32,000 nt of DNA from Pyrodictium abyssi (GCF_036323395.1 NZ_AP028907.1:660001-692000); one strand, 5' to 3'; shown: positions 1 to 8,744, counted from the stretch's first letter. The notes: a model not told the origin generated them from the letters alone. A program made the numbers and translations.

Positions 1-509
1 TCCATGGTTATCTTCTCCGCAGCCGCCACCACGTCGTCGACGCTCCTCTTGGTCTCCTTGCCGTCGGTGAAGAGGAATATGGTGCCGTACTTCTCCGGCG
101 GCAGCGTCAGCTGGTTCACGTAGCGCTCCACCACGGAGGCGGCCGCCTCAAGCGCGTCGGCCATAGCGGTCATGCCGTAGGGCCGGTTCCTCTCGAGGCT
201 CTGGCGGAACACCTCCAGGGCAACGTTCCGGGGGGACACGGGGAAGTAGACGCGGCCATCCTGCTCGACTATCTCCACGTCGTCGCTGTACCAGACGAAG
301 CCAACCTGGAACGCGGGAGCCATCCTGCTGCGGCCGAGCCTCCGGAGAAGCATCTCCACGAGGTCTGCGAGGTGGAACCACTTCCCCCGGTAGTCGTAGG
401 TCTTGGGCTCCATCATGCTAAGGGAGCGGTCTAGGATGAAGACGACCAGGACTGTGTAGCTGAGCGGGCGCCTACGCAGCAGCTGCAGCGCGAAAGACCG
501 TGACACCAT
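1..509 (-). CDS. VWA-domain protein, C-terminus runs off the window
   Basis: Unlisted minus-strand frame open from ATG at 509 to the window edge: MVSRSFALQLLRRRPLSYTVLVVFILDRSLSMMEPK..., with MIDAS-like DRSLS; later ...KYGTIFLFTDGKETKRSVDDVVAAAEKITM, typical of a VWA fold. Confidence 0.75.
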   Translation of the reverse strand, partial: MVSRSFALQLLRRRPLSYTVLVVFILDRSLSMMEPKTYDYRGKWFHLADLVEMLLRRLGRSRMAPAFQVGFVWYSDDVEIVEQDGRVYFPVSPRNVALEVFRQSLERNRPYGMTAMADALEAAASVVERYVNQLTLPPEKYGTIFLFTDGKETKRSVDDVVAAAEKITM

Positions 510-569
510 GACCAGCCTCCACGAGTTCTACGGGTGGGTGCTCCCGGGGCCGCGCGGGCAGCGCGAGGG

Positions 570-1376
570 CTAGGAGGCTTCCTCCCCGAGGCCTGTAGCC
601 TCGCCCTCTCCCCCCGCACGCTGTAGCAGTGTTACCACAGATATACTACCCGCTATATTAGCTACTACAAGACCCTTATCACTCGATACTACCAGCCGCG
701 CAACGTCGCCGCCGCCCACCGCGTCTAGGGCCTCGACTAGCCGGGCAAAGGCGTCGGAGAGGGCCCGGGCGAACACGACAGCCTCCTCCTCCTTGAGGCC
801 CTCAGAGTCCAGCACACTGCCCTTGGAGAGGTCTATCGCTACGCTGCGTAGCCTACCGGTTAGCCGCGCCCCGCCGCCCTGAGCCAGGTTCACGAGCTCG
901 AGGAGCTCGACGAAGTAGTCCCCTAGCTTGCCCCCGGGGACACGGGGCTGGAGGGTGGCGGGGAACACGCTCACCAGGGAGACTATGATACGGTTTATGA
1001 TGCGTGAGAGGGCTTCGCCCCCGTACTCCTCTATGAGCTTGCCCTCCGCCTCCGCCTCCAGGTAGAGGCGGCAGCCGCTCCCACGCGTGACCCCAGTAGC
1101 CCGGACCACGCCGTGCATGTCGCCGCGGAGGATGAACTCCACCCTGTCTATCCCGGCGCTCGTCTCCACCTCTACGCGCAGGCTGTCGTACTGAGAGGAC
1201 GCGAAGGTGAGCACTATTATCCCGCGGCGCTCGCCTTTGCCGGTGAGCCGCGCAGCCCCGGCCACGAAGGACGCTGGGTCGCGGGCGGCGAGCAGCCGTA
1301 TCACCCTATCGCAGGGAGCCGCTACGTCGAGGACAGCACTCCTCTTTACAGTGGCCAAGGCCTTGGAGCCCAACAA
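570..1376 (-). CDS. SRPBCC/CoxG-like N-terminal domain protein with an unassigned, possibly roadblock-like, C-terminal region
   Basis: 268 aa ORF; N-term VLDVAAPCDRVIRLLAARDPASFVAGAARL...; C-term ARLVVSSDKGLVVANIAGSISVV. Weak fold-level assignment. Confidence 0.6.
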   Translation of the reverse strand: MLGSKALATVKRSAVLDVAAPCDRVIRLLAARDPASFVAGAARLTGKGERRGIIVLTFASSQYDSLRVEVETSAGIDRVEFILRGDMHGVVRATGVTRGSGCRLYLEAEAEGKLIEEYGGEALSRIINRIIVSLVSVFPATLQPRVPGGKLGDYFVELLELVNLAQGGGARLTGRLRSVAIDLSKGSVLDSEGLKEEEAVVFARALSDAFARLVEALDAVGGGDVARLVVSSDKGLVVANIAGSISVVTLLQRAGGEGEATGLGEEAS

Positions 1377-1537
1377 ACCAATTCCCCATGTATAGGATTA
1401 ATATGTCTTGCCACAGGCCCCTGGCGCAGCCGCCCTCCCGGGAGAGCAGAGGAGGACGCGCCAAAGCCTGGATGGAGAGGCGCCACGCAGGGGAGAAAAC
1501 GGGGATACGCCACCATCTAGGCCGGGGTGCTAGCGCG

Positions 1538-3457
1538 CTACTTCTTCTTGCGCCTTACGCCTCCCTGGCGTGACAGCAGCATCAGCCCGCCCACCGCTAT
1601 CAACGCTATCACGAGCGCGGCCATAGCCGGGCGGCTGCCGAGCCGAGGCCCCTCCGCCGTGCCGGCCGCTGGCTGTGTAGCCGTAGCCGGTGCCCCCGCC
1701 GAAGCCGCAGTACGAGTGCCCGCCGCGCTAGCCGGTGCCGTCGCGTTACACTCGCCGGCGACTGTAACGGTTCTAGTTTTCTCAAGGGTCTCCGTCACAG
1801 TCACCTCCCTGGTGACAGTCACGGTCTTGACTAGCACCGGCGTCACTACCTTCTGCTCGGGCTTGAAGAACTTGGCTATTACGACGCCGGCGGCGACAAG
1901 GTTGTCTACGCGTATCTCCGATGTCGTCCTTCCCTCCTGGCCGCCGTAGTATATCGAGATGTAGGGGACTGCTCGTAGCCGGACTAGCGTACGGTCCTGG
2001 TCGCCCAGTAGCTCGAGGCACCCCTTCTCCGAGAGCCCCAGAGTAGCGCGGCCGCGTATACTCACGTTGGACTTTAGGGCGCCGTAGGCTATACCGTGGC
2101 AGGTTATCTCCAGGGGCTCGTCAAGCACTATCGTCGCTATGGTGGTGTTGCTGTCAACGTCCTTCAGGTCTATCACGTTCACCTCTAGCACGACGTTGCA
2201 GGGCACCTTGGTGTACTCTAGGGTCGCCTCGAAGGCTATGTCGTAGCGCCCTATGTTCAGCGACATTATGGACGGCACATCTATAGTGGTGCGGAACGAG
2301 GCTATAGGCTTACCGTCCATGCTTATCTCTACACGGGTGTAGATGGAGCCTATACCGGAGACCGCCTTAGCCAGCTGCGTGTATATGAGGTCAGCAGCGC
2401 TGAAGGCCATTACGAAGCCCTTCTCCGTGCCTATCACCAGCTGGGAGCCGTCCGGGCTAACAGCCATGTCCGTGATCGAGGCCAGCGTCACCCTGGTTAT
2501 GCCGAATAGCGCGAGGCTGCCACGGCTGTACTGGAAGAGGTACAGGTTACCGTTAGTGTCTGCTGCTATGAGGTAGCTTCCAACCACCGCTATAGAGGTG
2601 ACCATGGTGTCGAGGTTGTAGAACGAGAGAACCGTGCCGTCGCGGACGGATATCAGATAGAGCTTGGTCACGCCCTGCCCACGGTCAACAACCGCTGCCG
2701 CCGCTACCTCGCGGCCGAGCGCGAGATCCACCAGCTCGTCGCCTAGGTCCACCGTGGTCCAGACCGGCTTACCCGCGATAATCGATACCATTGCTACGTG
2801 GCCGTCGCGTGTCCCCACGAGTACACGCTCTGTGTCAGGAACCTGTATTATCTCGACGACCCCCTCGTAGGGCTTGCCGTCGCTCCCCGCTAGGGTTATC
2901 TTGTCCACTTGGCGGAGCTCCATAGCGCCGGTTACTCCCTTCATCCACTCGTAGACGTAGAGCCGCGCCTCACGAGACTCGCCCGCCACTAGGAACCGGG
3001 AGGTCGCCCATCCCGTGCTCACGAGGTCGCCCTGCAGGCTACTAGTACGCGTCACCTCCTTGCCGGACGTGGTGTCGAGCACGTAGACGTAGTGCCATAT
3101 CTGCCCAGCGACTACAGCCACGAGCCGGTCGTCCGGCGAGAACGCTGCATCGTAGACAGGCTCGCCTATAGCTAGCCCCCACTTCTTGCCCCCATCCGGG
3201 TCCACCAGCATGGCGCCGCCAACCGTACCTATTAGCAGGTACTTACCGGACTCGCTCCACACAAGCCTGGTAACACCGTAGTCCAGGGCGAGATTCCATA
3301 GCGGCTTTAGCTCGCCGACAACAAGCTCGCCCTCCTGCCCCGCCGCCTTACCGTCCTCGGCCAGCACTGTGGACGACAATACTGGCAGCAAAACCACCGC
3401 CAATAGTACGATAGCAGCTACTACAGAGGAACTAGCCAGCCTAGAAACCAGCGTCAT
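1538..3457 (-). CDS. Secreted, membrane-anchored beta-propeller (WD40/PQQ-like repeat) protein
   Basis: 639 aa; N-terminal signal peptide (VVAAIVLLAVVLLPVLSSTVLA), repeated blade-like segments (SPDGSQLVIGTEKGFVMAF), TVTREVTVTETLEKTRTVTV plus Ala/Thr-rich stalk, C-terminal TM and RRKKK tail; SD ggagg just upstream of the ATG. Confidence 0.8.
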   Translation of the reverse strand: MTLVSRLASSSVVAAIVLLAVVLLPVLSSTVLAEDGKAAGQEGELVVGELKPLWNLALDYGVTRLVWSESGKYLLIGTVGGAMLVDPDGGKKWGLAIGEPVYDAAFSPDDRLVAVVAGQIWHYVYVLDTTSGKEVTRTSSLQGDLVSTGWATSRFLVAGESREARLYVYEWMKGVTGAMELRQVDKITLAGSDGKPYEGVVEIIQVPDTERVLVGTRDGHVAMVSIIAGKPVWTTVDLGDELVDLALGREVAAAAVVDRGQGVTKLYLISVRDGTVLSFYNLDTMVTSIAVVGSYLIAADTNGNLYLFQYSRGSLALFGITRVTLASITDMAVSPDGSQLVIGTEKGFVMAFSAADLIYTQLAKAVSGIGSIYTRVEISMDGKPIASFRTTIDVPSIMSLNIGRYDIAFEATLEYTKVPCNVVLEVNVIDLKDVDSNTTIATIVLDEPLEITCHGIAYGALKSNVSIRGRATLGLSEKGCLELLGDQDRTLVRLRAVPYISIYYGGQEGRTTSEIRVDNLVAAGVVIAKFFKPEQKVVTPVLVKTVTVTREVTVTETLEKTRTVTVAGECNATAPASAAGTRTAASAGAPATATQPAAGTAEGPRLGSRPAMAALVIALIAVGGLMLLSRQGGVRRKKK

Positions 3458-3736
3458 CCTCTATCACTCCCTCCGGTAAAAACCACACGCAGGGTCAGAC
3501 AGACTAAAAGCCTAGCCTATTCAATACCAGAGCACTGTAAAATACACCAGTGATACCCAGATAGCACCTAGACTCGGGAGCAATAGCCTAGAATAGCCGC
3601 AATCCAGTGAGCCAGAGCAAGCCCCCGAGAGGGAACCCCGTAGAGCCGCACAGCAACGAATCCTATGGAGGCCTGTAGCTAGGGCTCGGACAGTTATCTA
3701 AGGGGCAAAGAGTGCTAGTGCAAGATGTTTAAATTT

Positions 3737-3741
3737 AAAAA
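3737..3741 (-). terminator. Candidate U-tract terminator of the canA-like gene
   Basis: Minus-strand transcript reads ...cacctcTTTTTaaattt about 50 nt after the stop at 3791. Confidence 0.35.
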
Positions 3742-3790
3742 GAGGTGCCCGGGGCTTAGGGGCCGCCGCCCCAGCGAGGGGCTACGCCCG

Positions 3791-4321
3791 CTAGGAGACG
3801 CTGAGTATCTTGAAGTGTAGTATTAGTGGCACGTTGTCGAACAGTAGGCCCTCCGGTAGCTCGAATCTTACTTCTGCGCTGAGGTTGTACCAGTCGTTGA
3901 CCCACTCGTCGTTGTCTATTACTATTATCTTCTTAGGGTCGTCTAGTGTTAGCACTGCCTTTATCTCCTTGTTAGTGCCCTTCTTGTAGAGTATCAGTGT
4001 TAGGTACTTGAAGTACTGGCGTAGCTGTGGGACGTTGTCTATCCATACGGCAAGCTTGGTCACGTTAACCTGTGTATACCGCTTTATTGCTACTACATTA
4101 GTCTGTGTATCCATGCCCTGTGCGCCAGCCGCGGCGTTTATGTCTATTACCTTAGTGGGGTTGAGTATGTCTACGGGCTCGCTTACTGCCTGGGCCTCGC
4201 CGGTGGCGTAGAAGCTGTTCATTTGGCTCTGAGTGGTGGCGAAGCCCGCTAGGAGGGCGAGGGCGGCAGCCCCTGCGACCAGGGCAGCCATTGCGAGGAC
4301 CATTTCGCGGCCATATATCAC
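3791..4321 (-). CDS. CanA-like cannula subunit (secreted, donor-strand-type beta fold family)
   Basis: Preferred GTG start at 4321 behind SD GGGAGGGT (the ORF track extends to 4399). Signal plus mature start AGFATTQSQMNSFYATGEAQAVSEP, then AGAQG, LRQYFKYL, KAVLTLDDP, PEGLLFDNVPLILHFKILSV, matching the remembered Pyrodictium CanA pattern. Confidence 0.88.
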   Translation of the reverse strand: MIYGREMVLAMAALVAGAAALALLAGFATTQSQMNSFYATGEAQAVSEPVDILNPTKVIDINAAAGAQGMDTQTNVVAIKRYTQVNVTKLAVWIDNVPQLRQYFKYLTLILYKKGTNKEIKAVLTLDDPKKIIVIDNDEWVNDWYNLSAEVRFELPEGLLFDNVPLILHFKILSVS

Positions 4322-4409
4322 GGTATACACCCTCCCGGCTCTGCATGTATATAGCGCTAGATGGCTTAAGTAATAATAGCAGTTTCTACCACGTACCATG
4401 ATTGGAAAT

Positions 4410-4417
4410 GTTTATAA
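4410..4417 (-). promoter_or_regulatory. Candidate TATA box of the canA-like gene
   Basis: Minus-strand TTATAAAC. It is only about 14 nt from ATG 4399, too close for that start, but would give a 5' UTR of about 65-70 nt to the SD-preceded GTG at 4321. Confidence 0.5.
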
Positions 4418-4530
4418 CTAGCTGTACGCGGGGGTGAAGATAGTATAGTGTGCTTCAGTGTTATCTCCTAGGGGTGAATGCGCTAAAAGAAGGCATGTAG
4501 TTCTGTTTTCTCTCCGTCTTACGGTTCAGC

Positions 4531-5115
4531 CTATGCGATTTCCCCGGTGTCGTATACGGTGAGTAGTGCCTCCTTATGGGATAGTAGTGTTCCGAGGATG
4601 TTCTCGGCCTGGCTGGAGCTTAGGGGCTTACCGAGCTGCGCTGCTGCCACTATTCTGCCGCTGCGTACTGCGAGGAAGTAGTCGCTATCAGGCAGCGTTA
4701 CCCTGAGGAGCACGGAGCGGGCGCGGAGCTTGCCGTAGTCGAAGCCCGTGGGGTGGCCGCGATAGATCACTGGGGCCTGGATCACGTTGTTCATCACGTA
4801 GCTGATGTCTGCTAGCTGTTCTGAGAGCCTCTTGTTCCAGGAGCCATGGTCTATCCAGAGCCTCGGGGCCGGGCTCGCCGGTGCCCTGGACTCCTCTCTC
4901 CGGGGCCCAGCCGGTCCTCTGCGTAGGAGCTTCAGCATGTTGTCCCCTGTGCGGGCTACGGTTAGGCCGCGGGCGCGGGCCCAGGCCTCTATGAGGGGCT
5001 CGGCCTCAGGGTCTACCGCTACTAGTAGCTCGCTTAGCTTCTCGATGCTGTCCTCTATCTCGCGGTAGGGTATGAAGCCCCGGTACCCGCGTAGGTCGAG
5101 CTGCGGGCCCGCCAT
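4531..5115 (-). CDS. Conserved-type hypothetical protein
   Basis: 194 aa ORF (MAGPQLDLRGYRGFIPYREIEDSIEK...), start 2 nt from the stop of the upstream gene, likely same transcript; segment LLRVTLPDSDYFLAVRSGRIVAAAQLGKPL. Confidence 0.65.
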   Translation of the reverse strand: MAGPQLDLRGYRGFIPYREIEDSIEKLSELLVAVDPEAEPLIEAWARARGLTVARTGDNMLKLLRRGPAGPRREESRAPASPAPRLWIDHGSWNKRLSEQLADISYVMNNVIQAPVIYRGHPTGFDYGKLRARSVLLRVTLPDSDYFLAVRSGRIVAAAQLGKPLSSSQAENILGTLLSHKEALLTVYDTGEIA

Positions 5116-5116
5116 G

Positions 5117-6631
5117 CTAGCTCACCTCTCTTGCCAGCTGTGCTGCCTCCTCGAGCACGGTCTTGACCTGGTCCCGGCCCTCTACTACGGGGCCGTAGCG
5201 GGGCGCGATTCTCTCGATGTCGAGGCTGCGCACCTCCTCGACCCACCTGGCTATCGCTGTGTGCCTAAGCGTGCTCGAGAGGTATGCACGGAGGGCGTCG
5301 CGGAGCAGCCTCCTGTCCGCGTACCAGACCCCGGGCGGGGTGAGGAACCCGAGGACAGGGCCGGTGAAGAGTGTCTTCGACACCGGGTCGTAGACCGTGA
5401 GCATGCCGCCGCAGCTGCCGGCGGGTATGATGCGTAGCTCGCTGCGGCCTAGCCTGGCGCGGCTACCGCTGAGCGGCACCGTCGCCACCCTGTCGGGCTG
5501 CTCGAGGAGGGCTGCTAGCTGGGCCCAGCTGTAGGGCGGTGCTAGCACCTCCGCGGGGGACTCGGAGGCGAGCCTGGAGAGGAGGGGCTGCGTCACAGCG
5601 CTCGCGTCGCCCACGACGACGATGCGTATCTGCTCCATGTCTCCTACTAGGCCGCGTATCATCTGGCCCCAGTCCGGCGGCCCCGTGGGGTCTATGACGG
5701 CATACTCGTAGCCGCTGCCTACTATGTAGGTGTTGAGCGCCAGGCCGCCATACTCTGGGCGGCCGCCGGGCCACAGCCTGTAGACGGCGTGGCCGCCGTC
5801 CTCGTAGACCGGCTGGGGCGCGTTCACCCTGGCGCCGCGTGGGGCGCCATCGAGGGCCCAGGCTAGTACGCGTACGCGGTGGCTCGGCGGCCTCTGGGCT
5901 ACCCGTAGAGCCTCCTCGCCCTTCGCGCGCCGGCCGTCCATCTCGGCGTAGACGCCGGTTATCCTGCGGCCACGTATGACGAGGCGGGCGAGGTAGTGGT
6001 ATTCGCGCAGCATACCGTGTATCTCGACGACGTACTCGCCGGGCCCGAGGGCTGCTACCACCCGGTAGGCCGCCTCAGTGAGCACGTCCCTCACGGGGGT
6101 GAAGCTGTCGTAGAAGACGAGGGGCGCGTCGTGAACCCCCTCGGCAGCTAGCTCGTTGTCCGAGCCCGTTATACCGGCCTCGGGCCGGGCCCCCTCCACC
6201 ACCTCGGCTATAGCGTCCCTTATCCCCTTGACGAGCATGCCCGTGGCTGGTGAGAGCTTGCCGCCCCCGCCGCCGCTCACTATGACGTGGACTCCTTCGC
6301 CCACGTTTACGACGCTTATCACCAAGACGAGGGAGTCTATGCCGCGGCCGAGGAGGAGTACCAGGGCGTTCTCGAGGCGGTAGAGCCTCATGTCCAGCCT
6401 CATTACCCTTGCTCCAAGCTTGAACAGACCTAGGCGGCGGGGTACACGGAGCACAACGTAGCCGTCGCCTACCTCTTCTACGCCCTCGACCCTGGAGAGT
6501 ATGCGGTTAAAGTCCCGTAGAAGCGAGTGCACGCTCTCAGCGTCCAGTGGTATGACAAGCGGCTCTACCTGGCTACCGCCGCCTAGTAGTCTCGCTAGCG
6601 CTTCACCTCTGCTCGACAAGGGCATCAACAC
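5117..6631 (-). CDS. Multidomain protein: SRPBCC-like N-term, middle domain, degenerate metallo-beta-lactamase-like C-term
   Basis: 504 aa. C-term retains MBL framework (LNTYIVGSGYEYAVIDPTG, TVYDPVSKTLFTGPVLG, IERIAPRYGPVVEG) but lacks HxHxDH and other ligands. Confidence 0.7.
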   Translation of the reverse strand: MLMPLSSRGEALARLLGGGSQVEPLVIPLDAESVHSLLRDFNRILSRVEGVEEVGDGYVVLRVPRRLGLFKLGARVMRLDMRLYRLENALVLLLGRGIDSLVLVISVVNVGEGVHVIVSGGGGGKLSPATGMLVKGIRDAIAEVVEGARPEAGITGSDNELAAEGVHDAPLVFYDSFTPVRDVLTEAAYRVVAALGPGEYVVEIHGMLREYHYLARLVIRGRRITGVYAEMDGRRAKGEEALRVAQRPPSHRVRVLAWALDGAPRGARVNAPQPVYEDGGHAVYRLWPGGRPEYGGLALNTYIVGSGYEYAVIDPTGPPDWGQMIRGLVGDMEQIRIVVVGDASAVTQPLLSRLASESPAEVLAPPYSWAQLAALLEQPDRVATVPLSGSRARLGRSELRIIPAGSCGGMLTVYDPVSKTLFTGPVLGFLTPPGVWYADRRLLRDALRAYLSSTLRHTAIARWVEEVRSLDIERIAPRYGPVVEGRDQVKTVLEEAAQLAREVS

Positions 6632-6805
6632 TCCATAGCCGTTGTCTAGCCTATGATACCGCTCTAACCACGAGCCTCGCTTATAGACCCTCCCAGTATC
6701 ACCCTTATAAGCCGCTATACCAGGTAGCGCATAGACCAGCTAGTGTTACCGTAGCTGTACGCCACACTGCACGCTAGCAGCCAGGCCAGCCAGAGGCGCT
6801 GGGCC

Positions 6806-7417
6806 CTAGGGGGCTCTCATGGCTTCCTGCTGCTCCACGGATGACTCGAACAGGCTGGACGCGTTCACAGCAACCACGATCGGTATCATGCCGTCCGGCG
6901 GCCTCATGTGGATCTTGCCTAGCCTATACTCCACTTCTATATCTATGTGGCTTAGACTACCCGGCTCGCACGAGATATCTATCCTAACGCGAGGATGCAG
7001 CAGGTCAAGGAGCCCCAGCTGCTCTCCCCCAGCATCCCGTAGGACCAGCTTCAGGCTGTCGACCTGCTGGCGTAGCCTCTCAGCGTTAACCAGCCACACG
7101 TCGATGACTAGCCTGCTCTTGTTCCCCCGCGTACAGGCTACCGTCAACCACTCGCGTATGCTCCCAGCGCCCTCGGGCCCGCGGGTAGGTACGTGTATGC
7201 CAGGCTTAGCAGCTATAACCAGCCCGGAACCGCTATACTTATTATTGTAGACCGTGGTCGATATGACGAAGTCTATTTCTGCTCCACTCGCAGCTGAGCC
7301 CCCAGCGAGGGCGAGGGCAGCAGCCGAGGCAACCAGCACCACCAGGGCTAGGGCCGCGGTGACCCACCGCGGCCCCTCTTCACCCCCCTCCACGGGCCAT
7401 ATGTGGTTCTTAGCCAC
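6806..7417 (-). CDS. Secreted protein, possible distant CanA/camelysin-like relative
   Basis: GTG start at 7417 preceded by AAGGAGG (track start 7480). TM/signal WVTAALALVVLVASAAALALAGG; body DVWLVNAERLRQQVDSLKLVLRDAGGEQL...IDIEVEYRL...IPIVVAVNAS. Confidence 0.6.
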   Translation of the reverse strand: MAKNHIWPVEGGEEGPRWVTAALALVVLVASAAALALAGGSAASGAEIDFVISTTVYNNKYSGSGLVIAAKPGIHVPTRGPEGAGSIREWLTVACTRGNKSRLVIDVWLVNAERLRQQVDSLKLVLRDAGGEQLGLLDLLHPRVRIDISCEPGSLSHIDIEVEYRLGKIHMRPPDGMIPIVVAVNASSLFESSVEQQEAMRAP

Positions 7418-7651
7418 GTCTTCTCGTCCTCCTTGAGGGCGGGCCCTTCTAGTCCCACTCGCCGCCCAGCTATTTATCAAAGCTGGCTAGTAGGCTGTCC
7501 CTGCAAGGCTGCGCACCGTTTATAACCATGCCTTGTATATATCAGTGTTGCTTCTAGACTGTCGTGCCCTGTCTTATAGCGGTGCTGGGTCAGAGAAGGC
7601 TAAACTGTTTTAAAGGCTGATGCTTAGCGTTATCTGCCTCGCGGGGCTAGC

Positions 7652-8461
7652 TTGGCCGCTCTCGCGGAGAAACGTACCCAGTTCGGGACCCCCGAGGAGA
7701 TACTGACGGGGCTGATAGCGCTAGCGTCCTCGACTGATGGCATAGACATAGTGGTGGCAGCGCACGAGGGCTTCACCTACGCTGTTAACGCTAGGAACCC
7801 CGAGTACGAGATACTGGCTGACGAGCTCGCCGCGCTTGCTTCTGCTTATCTCCAGGCTATACGCCAGCGTATCCCGGGCGGCGAGGTATATGCGCGGGTT
7901 GTGATGGGCGAGTACGAGGGCAAGGCCATCCTCGTGGCCGATGTCGGCGAGGGGTTCACGTTCCTGGCTATGGGCGAGTACGCTGGGGTCAAGGCTATAT
8001 TCGATCCCGTCCTCAGGGTGATCGAGGGTAAGCCGTTCAAGTGCCCTGCATGCGGAGTCGTGCTAGACATATACGCGGGCCGCTGCCCGGGCTGCGGCCG
8101 CCTAGTGCCTATAACCCAGCCCACGTGCCCCTTCTGCGGCTACACCGTGTCTTCAAGGCCGTGCCCTAACTGCGGCAAGATGCTCAGCCTCTCCGTGTCC
8201 CGTGTAGAGCTCGCCAGGCCCGGCGGAGAGGCTGAGGAGGAGCAGGTGGAGGGCGCCGAGGAGGTGGCTGTGGTGAGGGTGGAGCCGCCGCCGCGGGTAC
8301 GGGCTGCGAGGAGGCTGCTAAAGGTGGTTATCGGCTCTGCCGTGGCGGGGATATACTTCGTGTCCACCTACATACTGGGCGTGAGCCCCGCAACCGCCAT
8401 AGTGGCTGGGCTAGTGCCTCTCGCTACCGTGTTCGCGCTGCTGCTCAGCGAGCCCGGGTAG
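7652..8461 (+). CDS. Zinc-ribbon membrane protein with an unassigned N-terminal domain
   Basis: 269 aa; paired CxxC motifs CPACGVVLDIYAGRCPGCG, CPFCG, CPNCG; two C-terminal TM segments; TATA-like gttttaaag about 45 nt upstream. Confidence 0.8.
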   Translation: MAALAEKRTQFGTPEEILTGLIALASSTDGIDIVVAAHEGFTYAVNARNPEYEILADELAALASAYLQAIRQRIPGGEVYARVVMGEYEGKAILVADVGEGFTFLAMGEYAGVKAIFDPVLRVIEGKPFKCPACGVVLDIYAGRCPGCGRLVPITQPTCPFCGYTVSSRPCPNCGKMLSLSVSRVELARPGGEAEEEQVEGAEEVAVVRVEPPPRVRAARRLLKVVIGSAVAGIYFVSTYILGVSPATAIVAGLVPLATVFALLLSEPG

Positions 8462-8462
8462 C

Positions 8463-8738
8463 ATGAGGGGCATGAGGGGAGGGCTAGAGGGCGTGCCAGA
8501 GGGCAACGGGCTACAGCACTTGATAGACCAGCTGGCCCGGAGGCTGGTTGAGCACGGTATAGCGGCCGGCCGGGAGCACGCTGAGCGGATAATAGCCGTG
8601 CTTGGCGCTGCGCGGCTGCTAGAGGTGGTGGAGGCTCTCGACCAGTCTAGGAGGCTAGTAGAGCTCTACCAGAGGGAGGGTGTCCCGGTGCGGCTACCGA
8701 GGCCCCAGGATGCCGCCGGGGACCGGGATAGGGGCTGA
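8463..8738 (+). CDS. Small helical protein between the zinc-ribbon and PIN genes
   Basis: 91 aa, ATG directly after the preceding stop and 6 nt before the PIN start; amphipathic helical composition. Confidence 0.5.
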   Translation: MRGMRGGLEGVPEGNGLQHLIDQLARRLVEHGIAAGREHAERIIAVLGAARLLEVVEALDQSRRLVELYQREGVPVRLPRPQDAAGDRDRG

Positions 8739-8744
8739 GGGGCC

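Noticed and set aside
4321-4399. ORF-track start at 4399 for the CanA-like protein
   Set aside because: It would place the start about 14 nt from the TATA box and add an odd N-terminus (MVRGRNCYYYLSHLALYTCRAGR). The SD-preceded GTG at 4321 gives a normal signal peptide.
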